Source of the DNA: Balamuthia mandrillaris
Lineage: Eukaryota
DNA: 33,953 nt
Direction of reading: 5' to 3'
NCBI GenBank assembly: GCA_031835245.2
Contig: JAVKOQ020000066.1
Coordinates: 186,001-219,953 of the forward strand
Shown here: positions 23,554-33,953 of the stretch, piece by piece
How the letters are laid out: each line of letters starts with the position of its first letter
How positions within the stretch are numbered: position 1 is the first letter of the stretch
Made by a program: the position numbers and the translations under genes
Notes under the pieces: model-generated
Told to the model about the DNA's origin: nothing
The model's input: only the letters and a program-made list of their open reading frames with translations
Database searches by the model: none

Positions 23554-23924
23554 TCATTGTTTTTGCTGATGGTGGGGGGTGGATGGTGAGGCAGCGGCAG
23601 TGAAGAGCGAGCCACTAAGCCTGTGCTTGTTTTTGGGCTTGGCCAAAAGGGCTTTCTGTTGCTCTTCCATTAAAACGCAAACTGCACCAAGCTTTACACA
23701 CTCCAAGGCTTGCTTGTCTGGACTGGTAGGAGGAAGGCTGCAGTGGTCATTGTCGATGTCAACGAGGACCAGTTCTCTCTCCGTTTCCCCTTTGGCCATC
23801 TTCATGTGTAGCTCCTCCAAGGAAGATCTCAGCACTCCAATCACAAAAGGCTGGGGTGTGCAGCAGTAGTCAAGCATGCTGTGAGGCAGCACTGGGATGT
23901 AGATGTTTCGCCAGATGAGCGGGT
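23554..23924 (-). pseudogene. 5'-truncated DENN-domain (Rab GEF) gene fragment
   Basis: PLIWRNIYIPVLPHSMLDYCCTPQPFVIGV...LVLVDIDND matches the core DENN consensus; the upstream part is replaced by its own inverted copy. Confidence 0.8.
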
Positions 23925-24043
23925 CATGATCAGGGTCAGTGAGATCACCCGCTCATCTGGCGAAACACCTACATCCCAGTGCTGCACACCCCAGCCTTTT
24001 GTGATTGGAGTGCTGAGATCTTCCTTGGAGGAGCTACACATGA
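23802..24043. repeat. Long inverted repeat (arms 23802-23924 and 23947-24043)
   Basis: 97-nt right arm pairs with one mismatch; left arm has an extra 26 nt (23866-23891); 22-nt loop. Confidence 0.95.
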
Positions 24044-24810
24044 CAACATTTCAATGGAAGTATCGAAAAATTATCCAAAAATTTTTTTCAAAACGGCAGC
24101 ATATCCCCACCCTATTATCAAGTTCCCTATCTATTACTCTTTCCTTATTTGATTTGTGTCGACCAAGACAGCACTATTTGTGCACATGAGCTGCACGTCT
24201 ACTGCTATCCTCCTTCACCTAGTTTGCCCTTACAACACAAGGCTGACCATTCGCCTCATGAGTAGCAACTTGGGTAGCATCATGAGCTTGCTTTGCTTCA
24301 CGCTTTCTTATCTTGGTATCCTTTTTTTCTTCCTGGCTTTTCAGCCCTTGCTCTGAATGTGTTAACTTACTTTACAACAGCGTTGGCATTATTAGTAGGC
24401 CAAGCAGTTCTTCCTTCTTTAGGAGATAGCAGGTTTGGTTATTTTTTGTTAGTTTAAGGGGTTTTTTTGTGCATATTGGTTAGATTATAGCTATTTGTTT
24501 CAAGGCAAAAATAATGGTTAAATAGGAAAATAACCAAGAAAAACAAAGAGAGAGTTACATTCCTTAATGACAAGCAAACTTAAACTTTTTGCTAAGCAAG
24601 ACTTAAAGCAAAAAAATAAATAAATAAATTAGAATGCTATTACAATTAAAAAAAAACTAAGAAATACTTTCCTTAAAACTCATTTGAAAAAGTGGCCCAT
24701 CCATCCACTTTTTCCATCCCACTCCAAAAAACTGGCTTGACAAAGTGAGGTAATCCTCCAACCTCATTATTATATCAACTATGTAATGGGATGTCCTCCA
24801 TTAAAATAGT

Positions 24811-24997
24811 GTCTTCCTCAAAAGAGGAGGACTTAGGGTTTGTCCTCCTCTTATGAGGAGGACTTGGGATTTGTCCTCCCAAAAGGGAGGACTTTAAGTA
24901 GTCCTTCTCACTGGAAGGACTACAGCTCTCTTCTTGGAGGGCACTAGCCCTCTCATTAGAGAGGGCTTATAAACTATGCCCTTCTCTTTGGAAGGGC
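24811..24997. repeat. Array of seven short palindromes (6-10-bp stems, 4-6-nt loops)
   Basis: Hairpins at 24811-24832, 24842-24863, 24873-24892, 24898-24923, 24925-24942, 24946-24967 and 24978-24997. Confidence 0.92.
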
Positions 24998-25319
24998 TTT
25001 TTAAAAGAAAGTGGAAGGATTCTATTCTAGGCTTTGCCTAGTTATGCAAAGAAACATATGATCCTCCAACCTCCATATCATACATATGCTTCAAAGCAAC
25101 AGAATTTCCTCCATTAAATTTATCTAAACAAGTAATTCAAGTAAGTTTTTAAAATAAAAGCTTCAGTACCCAATTTCCATTCTAGTTCCTATAGAATGTG
25201 TATCTATTTGCATGTTTTCATTCATATCTAAACAGGTCTCTACTGAGGCACACTCTAATTCCATTGGTGCTAATTGAGGTGTAATAAACAATGAAGAAAG
25301 ACATGATGAAGGACAAGAT

Positions 25320-25545
25320 GAAGGACAAGAAGAAGAAAATAGAGAAGAAGAAGGAGAAAGAGAAGAAAAAGGAGAAACAAAAGGATAACAAGAAGGAGAA
25401 GAAAAAGGAGAAGAAGAAAGAGAAAGAGAAGGAGAAAGAGAAGGAGAAGGAGAAGGAGAAGGAGGAGAAGGAGAAGGAGAAGGAGAAGGAGAAGAAGGAA
25501 AAGGAGAAGGAGAAGGAGAAGGAGAAGGAGAAGAGGAAGGAGAAG
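25320..25545. repeat. (GAGAAG)n purine microsatellite, coding (SP)n on the minus strand
   Basis: Direct reading. Confidence 0.9.
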
Positions 25546-27914
25546 ACTGTACAAAGGTTTGTAATGATGTTGATGAGCTTATTCTTTGACGCTTTGAAGT
25601 TGATTGTTTCTCTATTGAAAAATATAACCAACCTCAAGAAAAAAGAGCTGACAGACAAGAAGTGTATTCAAGAGAATAGAGAAGGACAACGAGTGAATCT
25701 CCGACTTGCTTCAAAGTACACCGAGAGAAAGGGAAAAGGGAGAAGGAAGGATGGAGGATACAAAAGAAAGGAGAGCTGAGGGTCCGGGACGGATCCAACA
25801 TGAGGAGTCTTGAGATAAGTGTTGGTGATTTTACCAACAAATGCATATGAGAAAATACAAAAACAAAAGAATTAATAAATATAAACAAACCTTTTAATTG
25901 TTCTTGACGTTTTTTTCTTTTTTGTAAATTCTTTCCAACAGAATATTCTTCTGGTTTTGGAACACTTTTTTTCAAACTAACTTCTTTAAAAAGCTGTGTT
26001 GAAAAAGTCACAGTAACAGAATAAAGTGGACTATTTAAAGACCACAAAGATGCTTGAATCTTTCTTTTGCCTTTGGAAGAAAACAAATCATTAGCAGGTT
26101 GAGGAGAAGAATCACTTACTATAACTTTAAAATGACTATAATCATGGAAATTCTTAGGCAGAGCATAATTATAACTTCTTTTTTCTTCTAATTCTTCTTT
26201 AGTTGGATAAGAAGGAAGATTATCTTGAACTAATACAGTAAAATCCCATTCTCGTTTTTGCTTTTCTGGCATTGTTGCATATTTGTGATTGAATAACAAT
26301 CATTCTCTTCTTCAAAAAGAGAACTTTTCTATTAGACACTTTTTCACATCATAAGAAGTCCAAACCTCATTTGTTCCTGTTCCATCTGCATTGGACTCTT
26401 TTGTCCAGTCTTTTAAGGCCTTGCTAATCATGGAAAAGTGGCCATCACAAATATTTTTGCCATGCTGTTCAGAGAAATAATTTACATGGACTTGCAGTGC
26501 AACACCAGCATCTTGAGCAAGTTGGGTACCAAAATAAAAAAAGGTCTTGCCTGTTTGAAAGTGTCCAAGACCATTGTCCATCCAAAGCTAAAGGTTTTGG
26601 AGATGATTACCAAGTCTCTTCCAATCTTGAGAGCCAAATACCTCTTGTAAACAACAAACTGTGGTCCAAGAATCATGGGTTAGCACAGCTGACACCACAT
26701 CAAAATAATGTACCCTTAATGGCTGTCCCTCAGCTTCTTGATACAAGAGTGTTGCTCCAAAAATGGTCCTTTGGGGCTGAGAGTAGAAGTTGCATCCTTC
26801 CTCATCACGACTAATGCCCAGTTTAATGTTTTCTTTAAAGTCCATTACAAGAATGGCTTCTTGGTCAATGCCCTGTAATTTGTTCTTTTGCTCTTTAAAG
26901 CTTTTTTTTTGTTGTTCAACATGCTCCAGATGAGTTAAAAAGTATTGGTACTCCTCTTGTAATGTTTGGAGTTTGTCAGAGGTGCTGGTTTGATGCTTAC
27001 ACTTGCCAAGAAGGCAAGCTGTAGGATAGGTTTGCCCCTTCCTCTTCTCTTCTCCTTCAAGAAGCAAAGAGCTTGGGTGGCCAACCTCAGTAAGGCACTG
27101 TTGGAGCTTAGTTAAGAACTTAGGACCAGAAAGACAAATGCTACACATAGCTGTTTGTCAGTGACATTGGGCAATGTTCTTTGGGCAAAGTTGATCAAAG
27201 GTGGTATGACTAATCTTTTTCTCTGGATCGGCCTCCTGAAAGGATGCATAAATGGCACTCTTTGGTTTGTTCCAATATCACTTTGGGACAACCTATTGAT
27301 AGGACATAAATATGAGTTAGAAATAAACAAAATAGGATTAAAATCAACAAACCACTGCAGGTTTTGTCTTTGACTTTCATTGAAGGGTTACAGTTTGATT
27401 ATCTACAGGGTGGGAATGACTCATACAAAACTAGTGGACGACTTTTGCATACTCTTCTCCTTTTTTTTGTTTGGACTGAGGCTGGACAGGAGCAGGTAAA
27501 GGAACACCAGCTCCATATTTTATTTATGAGTATAAGCACTTTTTCTATTATATTGTATAAGTAAATTTTTTTTTGTTTTTTCCTTTTAGCAAATAAAAAA
27601 GTTGTCTTACTAAGCCTTGCTTGTAGCAAATGCTTGCTGATTTGGCAATGCAGCTAGTTTTGTCCAGAGAGCTGGCTTCAGGTCCTTATTTACACAAATT
27701 GACAACAGTTGAGACCTTTGTTGTTGTGGTGCTGCATCATAAGCAGCTTTTAGGCCCTTAGCCAAAGGCTGGAGTGTTGCTTGGAAGAGCTCTGCCTTCA
27801 ATGGCTGTCCCCAGCGAGTAGCAAGCAATGCTTTAAGAAAGGCAACTTGATCTCCTTTAGGTAATGAGAACAACAAGTGAATAAACAAGAAAAAAAGAAA
27901 GCAGGGAGAAAAAG

Positions 27915-28235
27915 CAAGGAGGAGACTAGAGGAGGAGAGGAGAGTGAGAGAAGAGTGAGAAGAAAGGAGAGCAAGAGGAGAGCAAGAGGAGAGCAAGAGG
28001 AGAGCAAGAGGAGAGCAAGAGGAGAGCGAGAGGAGAGCGAGAGGAGAGCGAGAGGAGAGCGAGAGGAGAGCAAGAGGAGAGTGAGAGGAGAGCAAGAGGA
28101 GAGTGAGAGGAAAGCGAGAGGAGAGTGAGAGGAGAGAGAGAGGAAAGTAAGAGGAGAGTGAGAGGAGAGAGGATAAGAGAGCAAAGAGAGCAAGAGTGAG
28201 AGCGAGAGCAAAAGGGAGCAGAAGAGAGCAGAGAA
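27915..28235. repeat. Purine-rich (GAGGAGAGC[A/G]A)n minisatellite in the first intron of the Sola2-like gene
   Basis: ~11-bp tandem units between a minus-strand donor after NQVGG and an acceptor before GDQVAF. Confidence 0.85.
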
Positions 28236-28769
28236 GCAACACTACCTCCACCGACTTGGTTGATGAGCTTTTTCACAGCACACAGACCAGCCTGTCTTTG
28301 TCCGCCTTTTTGTTGTCCAAACAATTGGCTTCCTTTTGGTCTTCCAGGCCCATTGCAACAGGTTTTCATCAGTGACTTCCTTTCAGAAGATGGCATCGTG
28401 GGGAGACAAGGTGCAAAAGCGGTGCAGAATGAAGTTACAGTGGTTGAATCTTTTGGTTCATTACTTGTGTTTTGTTTTTCTTTTTTTAATTTTCTTTTTT
28501 ATGAAGACAAAAATATGAGGGAGGGGTCTGCCCTACTCGGTTTTTTGGCTCTTTTCCCCTGCCCCTCACCCCCTTCCCGTTGGGAACTTGTCAAATGCTA
28601 TCTTTCCTTTTGAACATATTGCCATCAATCTGACCAGTCCCTTGCAAACTGACTTTATCATCATGGACACTACTTCACAAACTATTGCTCCACAGTAAAA
28701 CCAAATTATGGCTTTACCAGTCCCTACTTCAAGGTAGGGGCTACAGAGGGCAGATCAAGGAAAAGGAGG

Positions 28770-31441
28770 AAAATATCAGAACACAGTCTCTGGGATTGCA
28801 CTGGCTGAGGAGCATCACAGAAATGCTAACTGGTCTGACATTGTAAACAAGGAAGGAAAGGACACTCAATGACTTCAGTAGCATTTGTCAACTCTAGGAA
28901 CTGGGGAGAAGAGGACTTGGTCAGCTGTTGGGTGGACAGTAAGCAATTTCACATTGTTGGAGTGGGTGAACATAGGAGGATAGTTGCCCTGCACTTGGAG
29001 AGGTATCAGTGGATGAGTGGAAGGGCGGCTCCAGAGAGGAGTGGCTATGAAAGGGGTGGTGCAGGGTTCTTCATTCAAGAGGGCTTCAAGGGAAACATCA
29101 AAGTGATTCCAGGAGGTACCAAGGTCACCTTAGCTGCAATCAAGAAGAGAATCTTGGAAGTAGTCAAGGAAGGAAGACCCCTGATTATTGGAGGAGATTG
29201 AAATGCCAGGGTTGGAAAGGCTGTAATGATAGAGATGAATCCACTTAACATGAGAGAAGTGGAGTCTTTTAAAAGGCTGGCCCTCTTGGTGCCTCAGCTG
29301 AAGAGGAAACACTAGTGTTTACATTGAGAACTGGAAAATGAAAGAGCATTGTGGACTATGTGGTAGCATGGAGATGGACAAAGGAACTCAGGAAAAGGTT
29401 TGTGAAGTTGTGAAGAGCCAACAAATGGGAGTAGATGAAGTGGAAAAGACAAGAGAATATCAAGGAAATGCAGATTAGCAACATGTGAAGGATAGTAGCG
29501 AAGTATAAAGCAGAGCCCAAAGCAGTTACTGAGCACCAGGTAGCATGACATCTTTCAAGGAACATTGGGCAAAGCTGGGAAGGAAGGATTCCCCCCATTG
29601 GAGCTTGCATAGAGAGGAAGCAGGTTCAGAAGGACCTTCTTAGTCTGGTAGCAACTGGCTCAAGAAGGAGAGCTTTCAATCTTGCATGGAGGAAAAGATT
29701 AAGGATGGGCAAAGCAGTTGGAATGGATAGATAATATTGATGTGGAAATGATGAAGTACAGAGGTAAACATGTGCTAGATCAAGGCCATTGAGAACCAAG
29801 GCGTATTTCCCAAGGAGTGGAAACAGGGAGGAAATGATTATCCCCTTGCATAAGGCAGGAAATCACCAGAATCTAGCAAACTATTTAGGTGGAAAGAAAT
29901 GCAACAAAGCTCCAGAGATGGAACAATGCAAGCAAAGTTATAAACAAGTCTGGAAATTATGGGCAGCAAGAGCAAATTGGAAGCATGGAAGTTCTTCTGC
30001 ATTTTATCAATCTTTGGAAGTAATGTAAAAGTGAGGTAAAAGTGAGGAAAAGATAAGAGAGGAAAAGGGAAAGAAAGGAATAGTTAGATGATACAAAGTT
30101 AGTTTGAAAGCTTATTCAACATCTTTCACTTGTGAAATATCATAACAATTGGGAAAGCATTGATGTGGTGAGAGGAAAGTTGTGAGTAGTAGAGGAGAAG
30201 GAAAGAGGAGATAATGCAAGGAATATTTGCTTGCTATTTGCAGATGATATGGCAGTGATGATCAGCAATCCTTTTGAGCTTCAAAGAAGACTGAATGTGG
30301 CTGAATGCTCTGAGACTTTAGTTCAATGCAAAGAAATCAGTGGTGCTAGTACAAGGAAAGAAGGCTTGCTTCCAAGAGTGGAGACTTAAGGAAGAGGCTA
30401 TGAAACGTGTAAAGGAGGGCAAGTACCTAAGACCTCTGTTTGAAGAAAGTGGTGAGTGGACAACCCATGCCAACAAGGAAAGGATCACCAAGGCCAAGCC
30501 TTAGGCAGCAGGGAGCCATTGCTCAAGGCCTTGGTACATGCACTGCCCAGATTTGTGCAGAGGCTATTGTTAAGTCTACCTTGTCTTATGAACTACACAG
30601 CAAGAAGTGTATTGCAAGTTCATTAGAGAACTATGGCAGGGGTTTATTGTTCGCCATGCTGAGAGGCAAGATGGACACTTTGAGCTACTGGAAGAATAAG
30701 CCAAGCAAGGGATGTGGAAGGTGAGAAAAGAAAAGGTGAGGAAAGTGAAGGGATGAGTGATGTTGAAAAGGATGCCAAGAGAATGAGGACCTAAACTCGA
30801 GTAGCCAGAGAAGGTGAGGAAAGTGAAGGGATGAGTGACATTGCATATGCAGTTGAAGGAGAAAGAGGAACAAGAGCATGGCTTTGACATAACTTCTTGA
30901 CAAATGGAAGATGTTTGGTTGGACAACAACAGAGCTTAGTGATTACCAACCCAAGGAAGGAACGATTGATGAATGCTATTCACTGTGATAGACTGCCCAT
31001 TGGAAAAAAGTGGGGAGCCATTCAGCAGTCTGAAGAGAACAGTAAGTGCCCTGCATGCAATGCTGAGGAAGAAACAGCAGAACACTTCCTATTAAGATGT
31101 CCAAATCTTTGGGAAGATCTTTTTAGAATCTGGAATGTGGACAATGGAGATGAAGAACAAGTCAGAAAGCTGATCATTGAAGACTGTACAACAAAGCTCC
31201 TGTCGAGTGGAAAGAAATGCAACAAAGCTCCAGAGATGGAACAATGCAAGCAAAGTTGTAAATGAGTCTGGAGATTATGGGCAGCAAGAGCAAGTTGGAA
31301 GCATGGAAGTTCTTCTGCATTTTATCAATCTTTGGAAGTAATGTAAAAGTAAGGAAAAGATAAGAAAGGTAAAGGGAAAGAAAAGGATAGCTAGATGATA
31401 CAAAGTTAGTTTGAAAGCTCATTTAACACCTTTCACTTGTG
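28770..31441 (+). mobile_element. Heavily decayed non-LTR retrotransposon (LINE; APE endonuclease, RT remnants, C-terminal CCHC finger)
   Basis: RGGAGFFI and LIIGGD (endonuclease), IIPLHKAG...NY and CLLFADD (RT), CPACNAEEETAEHFLLRCP; many stops and deletions. Confidence 0.85.
29889..31441 (+). repeat. ~240-bp direct repeat (29889-30134 and 31207-31441) of the LINE 3' end
   Basis: Both copies run GTGGAAAGAAATGCAACAAAGCTCC...TTTCACTTGTG with scattered substitutions and one ~11-nt indel. Confidence 0.93.
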
Positions 31442-31536
31442 GCAGCCATCACAAAATAAACTTGGTGAAGATGATGAAAACTGTCTCTTAATTCATTTCC
31501 ATCACAGTTGCCTGGTTTTGTACATTTTTAAGTTAA

Positions 31537-33436
31537 TTATGCACACTCAATTGAAGGAATAACAAAAGGATTAATAATATTCCCAAGTTTAATTTCTTCA
31601 GAGCGCTTGTACTTGCAAAATATATCACCAAATCCCAAGGCTCTGGAGTGATCTGGTCTGTTCTCGCCTTTTGTGCTACCAGAGGGAGGAGCAGAATAGC
31701 GGCATTCCACATTGACTACAGCTAGGTTGTATTGGTCGCCTTGTTTGACCTCTCACTCAAAACTGACTAGATCAAAGCCAGGCTGGGATCCACTACAACA
31801 CAATAGCAGTTCTGCATAGTCGCGACAGGCATTCTGCCTAAACAAATCGGATATTGCTCTGTGGGCGTACTCACTGGATGGAAACATGTTTATGTTGTCA
31901 AGCTTTTCCAACGAAATCGGCAGTAACTTGGTAGGAAATTCTTGAAGGTTGAATGAATGAAGAACGCATTTGCAATTATTAAGAGAGTATAGCAGGAAGA
32001 ACCAATAAGAAACGACAAGAAAGGTTTTTTCATACTCATGTAAAAAAGCAAGAGAGGCCATACCTGATTTAACAGGCAAGTAAGAACTTCCCAGTGAGAA
32101 TGAAATTGCTCCTGCATAGAACCTTTGGTCAGGCGGGACCCATGGTTATGATTCGCACTTTCCAACATGCGCAGCAGCAAGTGCTTTACTTTAACTTCAG
32201 TAGGCATTTCACGTCGTGATAGAGGGTTAAGAGGAAGCTTGGCTCTCCTGATGACGAGAGCATAGTTCCAATAGTCGTACTGGTCTTGGCCATTAGTACC
32301 CTAGCCACGCATTCCAGAGAACGAGGATGGCCAGCACAGTCAGCAGTTACCATGGACACGCACTGCAAATCTGTCATACGGAATACCTTCCCCTCCGAGG
32401 TCTTGATAGGCTGGCGGCAGGAATTTATAAGTGCTCTGGCTGAAAAAGGGTCGAGTGTTGAAAGATAAACCCATTTCGTCTTTCTGCCTGACCCTTTTCC
32501 TTCCTGTACCACAGGAACCAGGTCCAGGGTGGTCACAAATGAGAAAAATTGTTCCACACGGTCCAAAACTAGTTAGCAAGATGTCGGTTGGTCACAGTGT
32601 TGTTATAAGTAACGGCAGGGTGTCGGTTAGTCACAGGTACCTAATTCAATTGTACTTAGCACTTCCATAGCTCTATCGTTGTTAGTTCTTCGGATCTTTA
32701 CAAGCTCATCCACGAGAAGGATTACAGGCTTCCCAATGAACATGACAAAGGTGGCTAATTCCAGGTTCGTGTCAATGATTTTGGATATATTTCATCGAAG
32801 AAAGCATAGTAGTCGGATTCTAAAACGTCACAGTAGTAGCTGATAAGTAGCGAAGTTAAATACGTCACAGCATTGACTGGAAAGAGGATAAACTAGAATT
32901 ACCTGAACATACGCGCGTTAACAAGCAATACCCTCTAGTAGGGATGGAGGTCCGCTTCTGGAGGAATCAGAGGCATGCAGCCATTAAAGGTAACAGTCAA
33001 GGGTATGGATTCCTTCAACAGGAAGAGCAGCTCAGGGTCTTTGTTGGCAAGCATGTAGAGCAGGCTGGTTTTTCCACCTCCAGGAGAAGAATGTGCAGTA
33101 TGCGGATTGGCTTCTCTAGAACGTTGAGAGTAAAACACACCATGTGATGCAACTAGTTTACGCTCCTTGAGGCGAGTAGCCCAACAATTGTAACAATCTT
33201 AACGGCTTGTTCTCTGCTGAGAAATCCAGTGTCAAATACGTAGGCTGGGGGAGTGCAGTGGGCACGGTGAGGTCCTCCTTCCACACATCAGCTATGGATG
33301 GTATAGCTGGTTTACTGCCAAGCCAACCCGTGTTCCGCAAAGGCACTGGCAGAGGAGGTTTTTTTTCTGTCTGTGTCTTCCGGATGAGGAAAGTGGCCAA
33401 GCAACGGCCCAACAGGGGAACTGCAAACCAAAACAT
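31537..33436 (-). pseudogene. Crinkler (CRN)-like effector pseudogene: P-loop NTPase plus restriction-endonuclease-like domain
   Basis: Walker A SPGGGKT, VTFN, Walker B LLVDEL, VTTLD, AGHPRSLE, then GFD...VECRYS; multiple frameshifts and stops. Confidence 0.65.
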
Positions 33437-33953
33437 TGGAAAGGCACACGATCAGAACAGAAGTGCATTGGTGTTAGGTGAGCTGTGATTTTTTAAAGTA
33501 CCACAAAAGTTGTGGGAAAACAGGGTAGCCCTCCCTCTGTCGCTTGCACGATGGCCAAGACTACCGTAACATCCGCGTGAGCGTAATCTCGGTACATCCA
33601 CAGTTGATCCGGCTGTTTTATTGAGGCCCAAACCGCCGCGGCGCAGGCAAGTTTTCCCAAGCGTCATGGGCAAACAAAGCCTCTGGCGTGGCTGCTCTAA
33701 TTTACTCGCTTCTTTTCGCTGATGGACGCTCTTACTCGCTTCAACAGCTCCATCCGCCAACTCTTCTTAGGGGAGGTGCGAATCAAAGCGAGGGACAAGA
33801 ACTACAAAGTTCCGTCGGAGGTGCTCTATGCCGTTCGTCTGGCGAAAGACACGCGACTGATTACTGCCTGACTGAATTATTGAGGGGCATTCCAGGTATT
33901 TTACAGAAAAGGGGAATAATAGCGTGACGTGTTATCTTGAGTTTTGAGCGGTG

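Larger units (their letters stand above)
25163..28396 (-). pseudogene. Degenerate intron-containing Sola2-like DDD transposase with SP-rich tail
   Basis: Motifs VMDFKENI, WMDNGLGHF and YFSEQHGKNICDGHFS in order, preceded by CSIC and C/H motifs; stops and frameshifts; last exon (SP)n...RMEIGY*. Superfamily call rests on recalled motif patterns. Confidence 0.7.

Noticed and set aside
24170..24430. Possible minus-strand exon remnants
   Set aside because: Coding-like composition but short, interrupted and without recognisable homology.
24811..24997. CRISPR array
   Set aside because: Units are palindromic but gaps are only 1-10 nt, repeats are not identical, there are no cas genes, and the context is eukaryotic.
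25218..25779. KE-rich, poly-L and SF-rich ORFs
   Set aside because: Alternative frames of the (GAGAAG)n repeat; the minus-strand SP frame is the plausible one.
25634..26299. Fanzor/TnpB nuclease with the hairpin array as guide RNA
   Set aside because: No RuvC motifs or terminal zinc finger; the ORF reads as the transposase C-terminal region.

Overview
Eukaryotic, intron-rich genomic DNA. Short GT-AG introns with (CT)n tracts and compact gene spacing suggest a protist, possibly an amoebozoan, but the taxon is not provable from sequence. A central host-gene block (~7.9-22.4 kb) holds a hypothetical protein, a CPBP/Abi intramembrane protease, a CLC chloride channel, a sulfotransferase-like protein, an F-box/WD40 protein and La/SSB. 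The left flank has a decayed Ty1/copia element, an LRR pseudogene folded into a hairpin, and a ~3.75 kb CACTAGAA...TTCTAGTG-bounded element. That element encodes a RAG1/Transib/Chapaev-like DDE transposase tail-to-tail (stop codons abutting) with an unknown 170-aa ORF, and a bacterial xdhB fragment interrupts the transposase tail. The right flank has a DENN gene fragment folded into a hairpin, an array of seven short palindromes, a decayed Sola2-like DDD transposase gene, a decayed LINE and a Crinkler-like NTPase/REase pseudogene. Exon boundaries and family calls were read by eye; no database searches were run.
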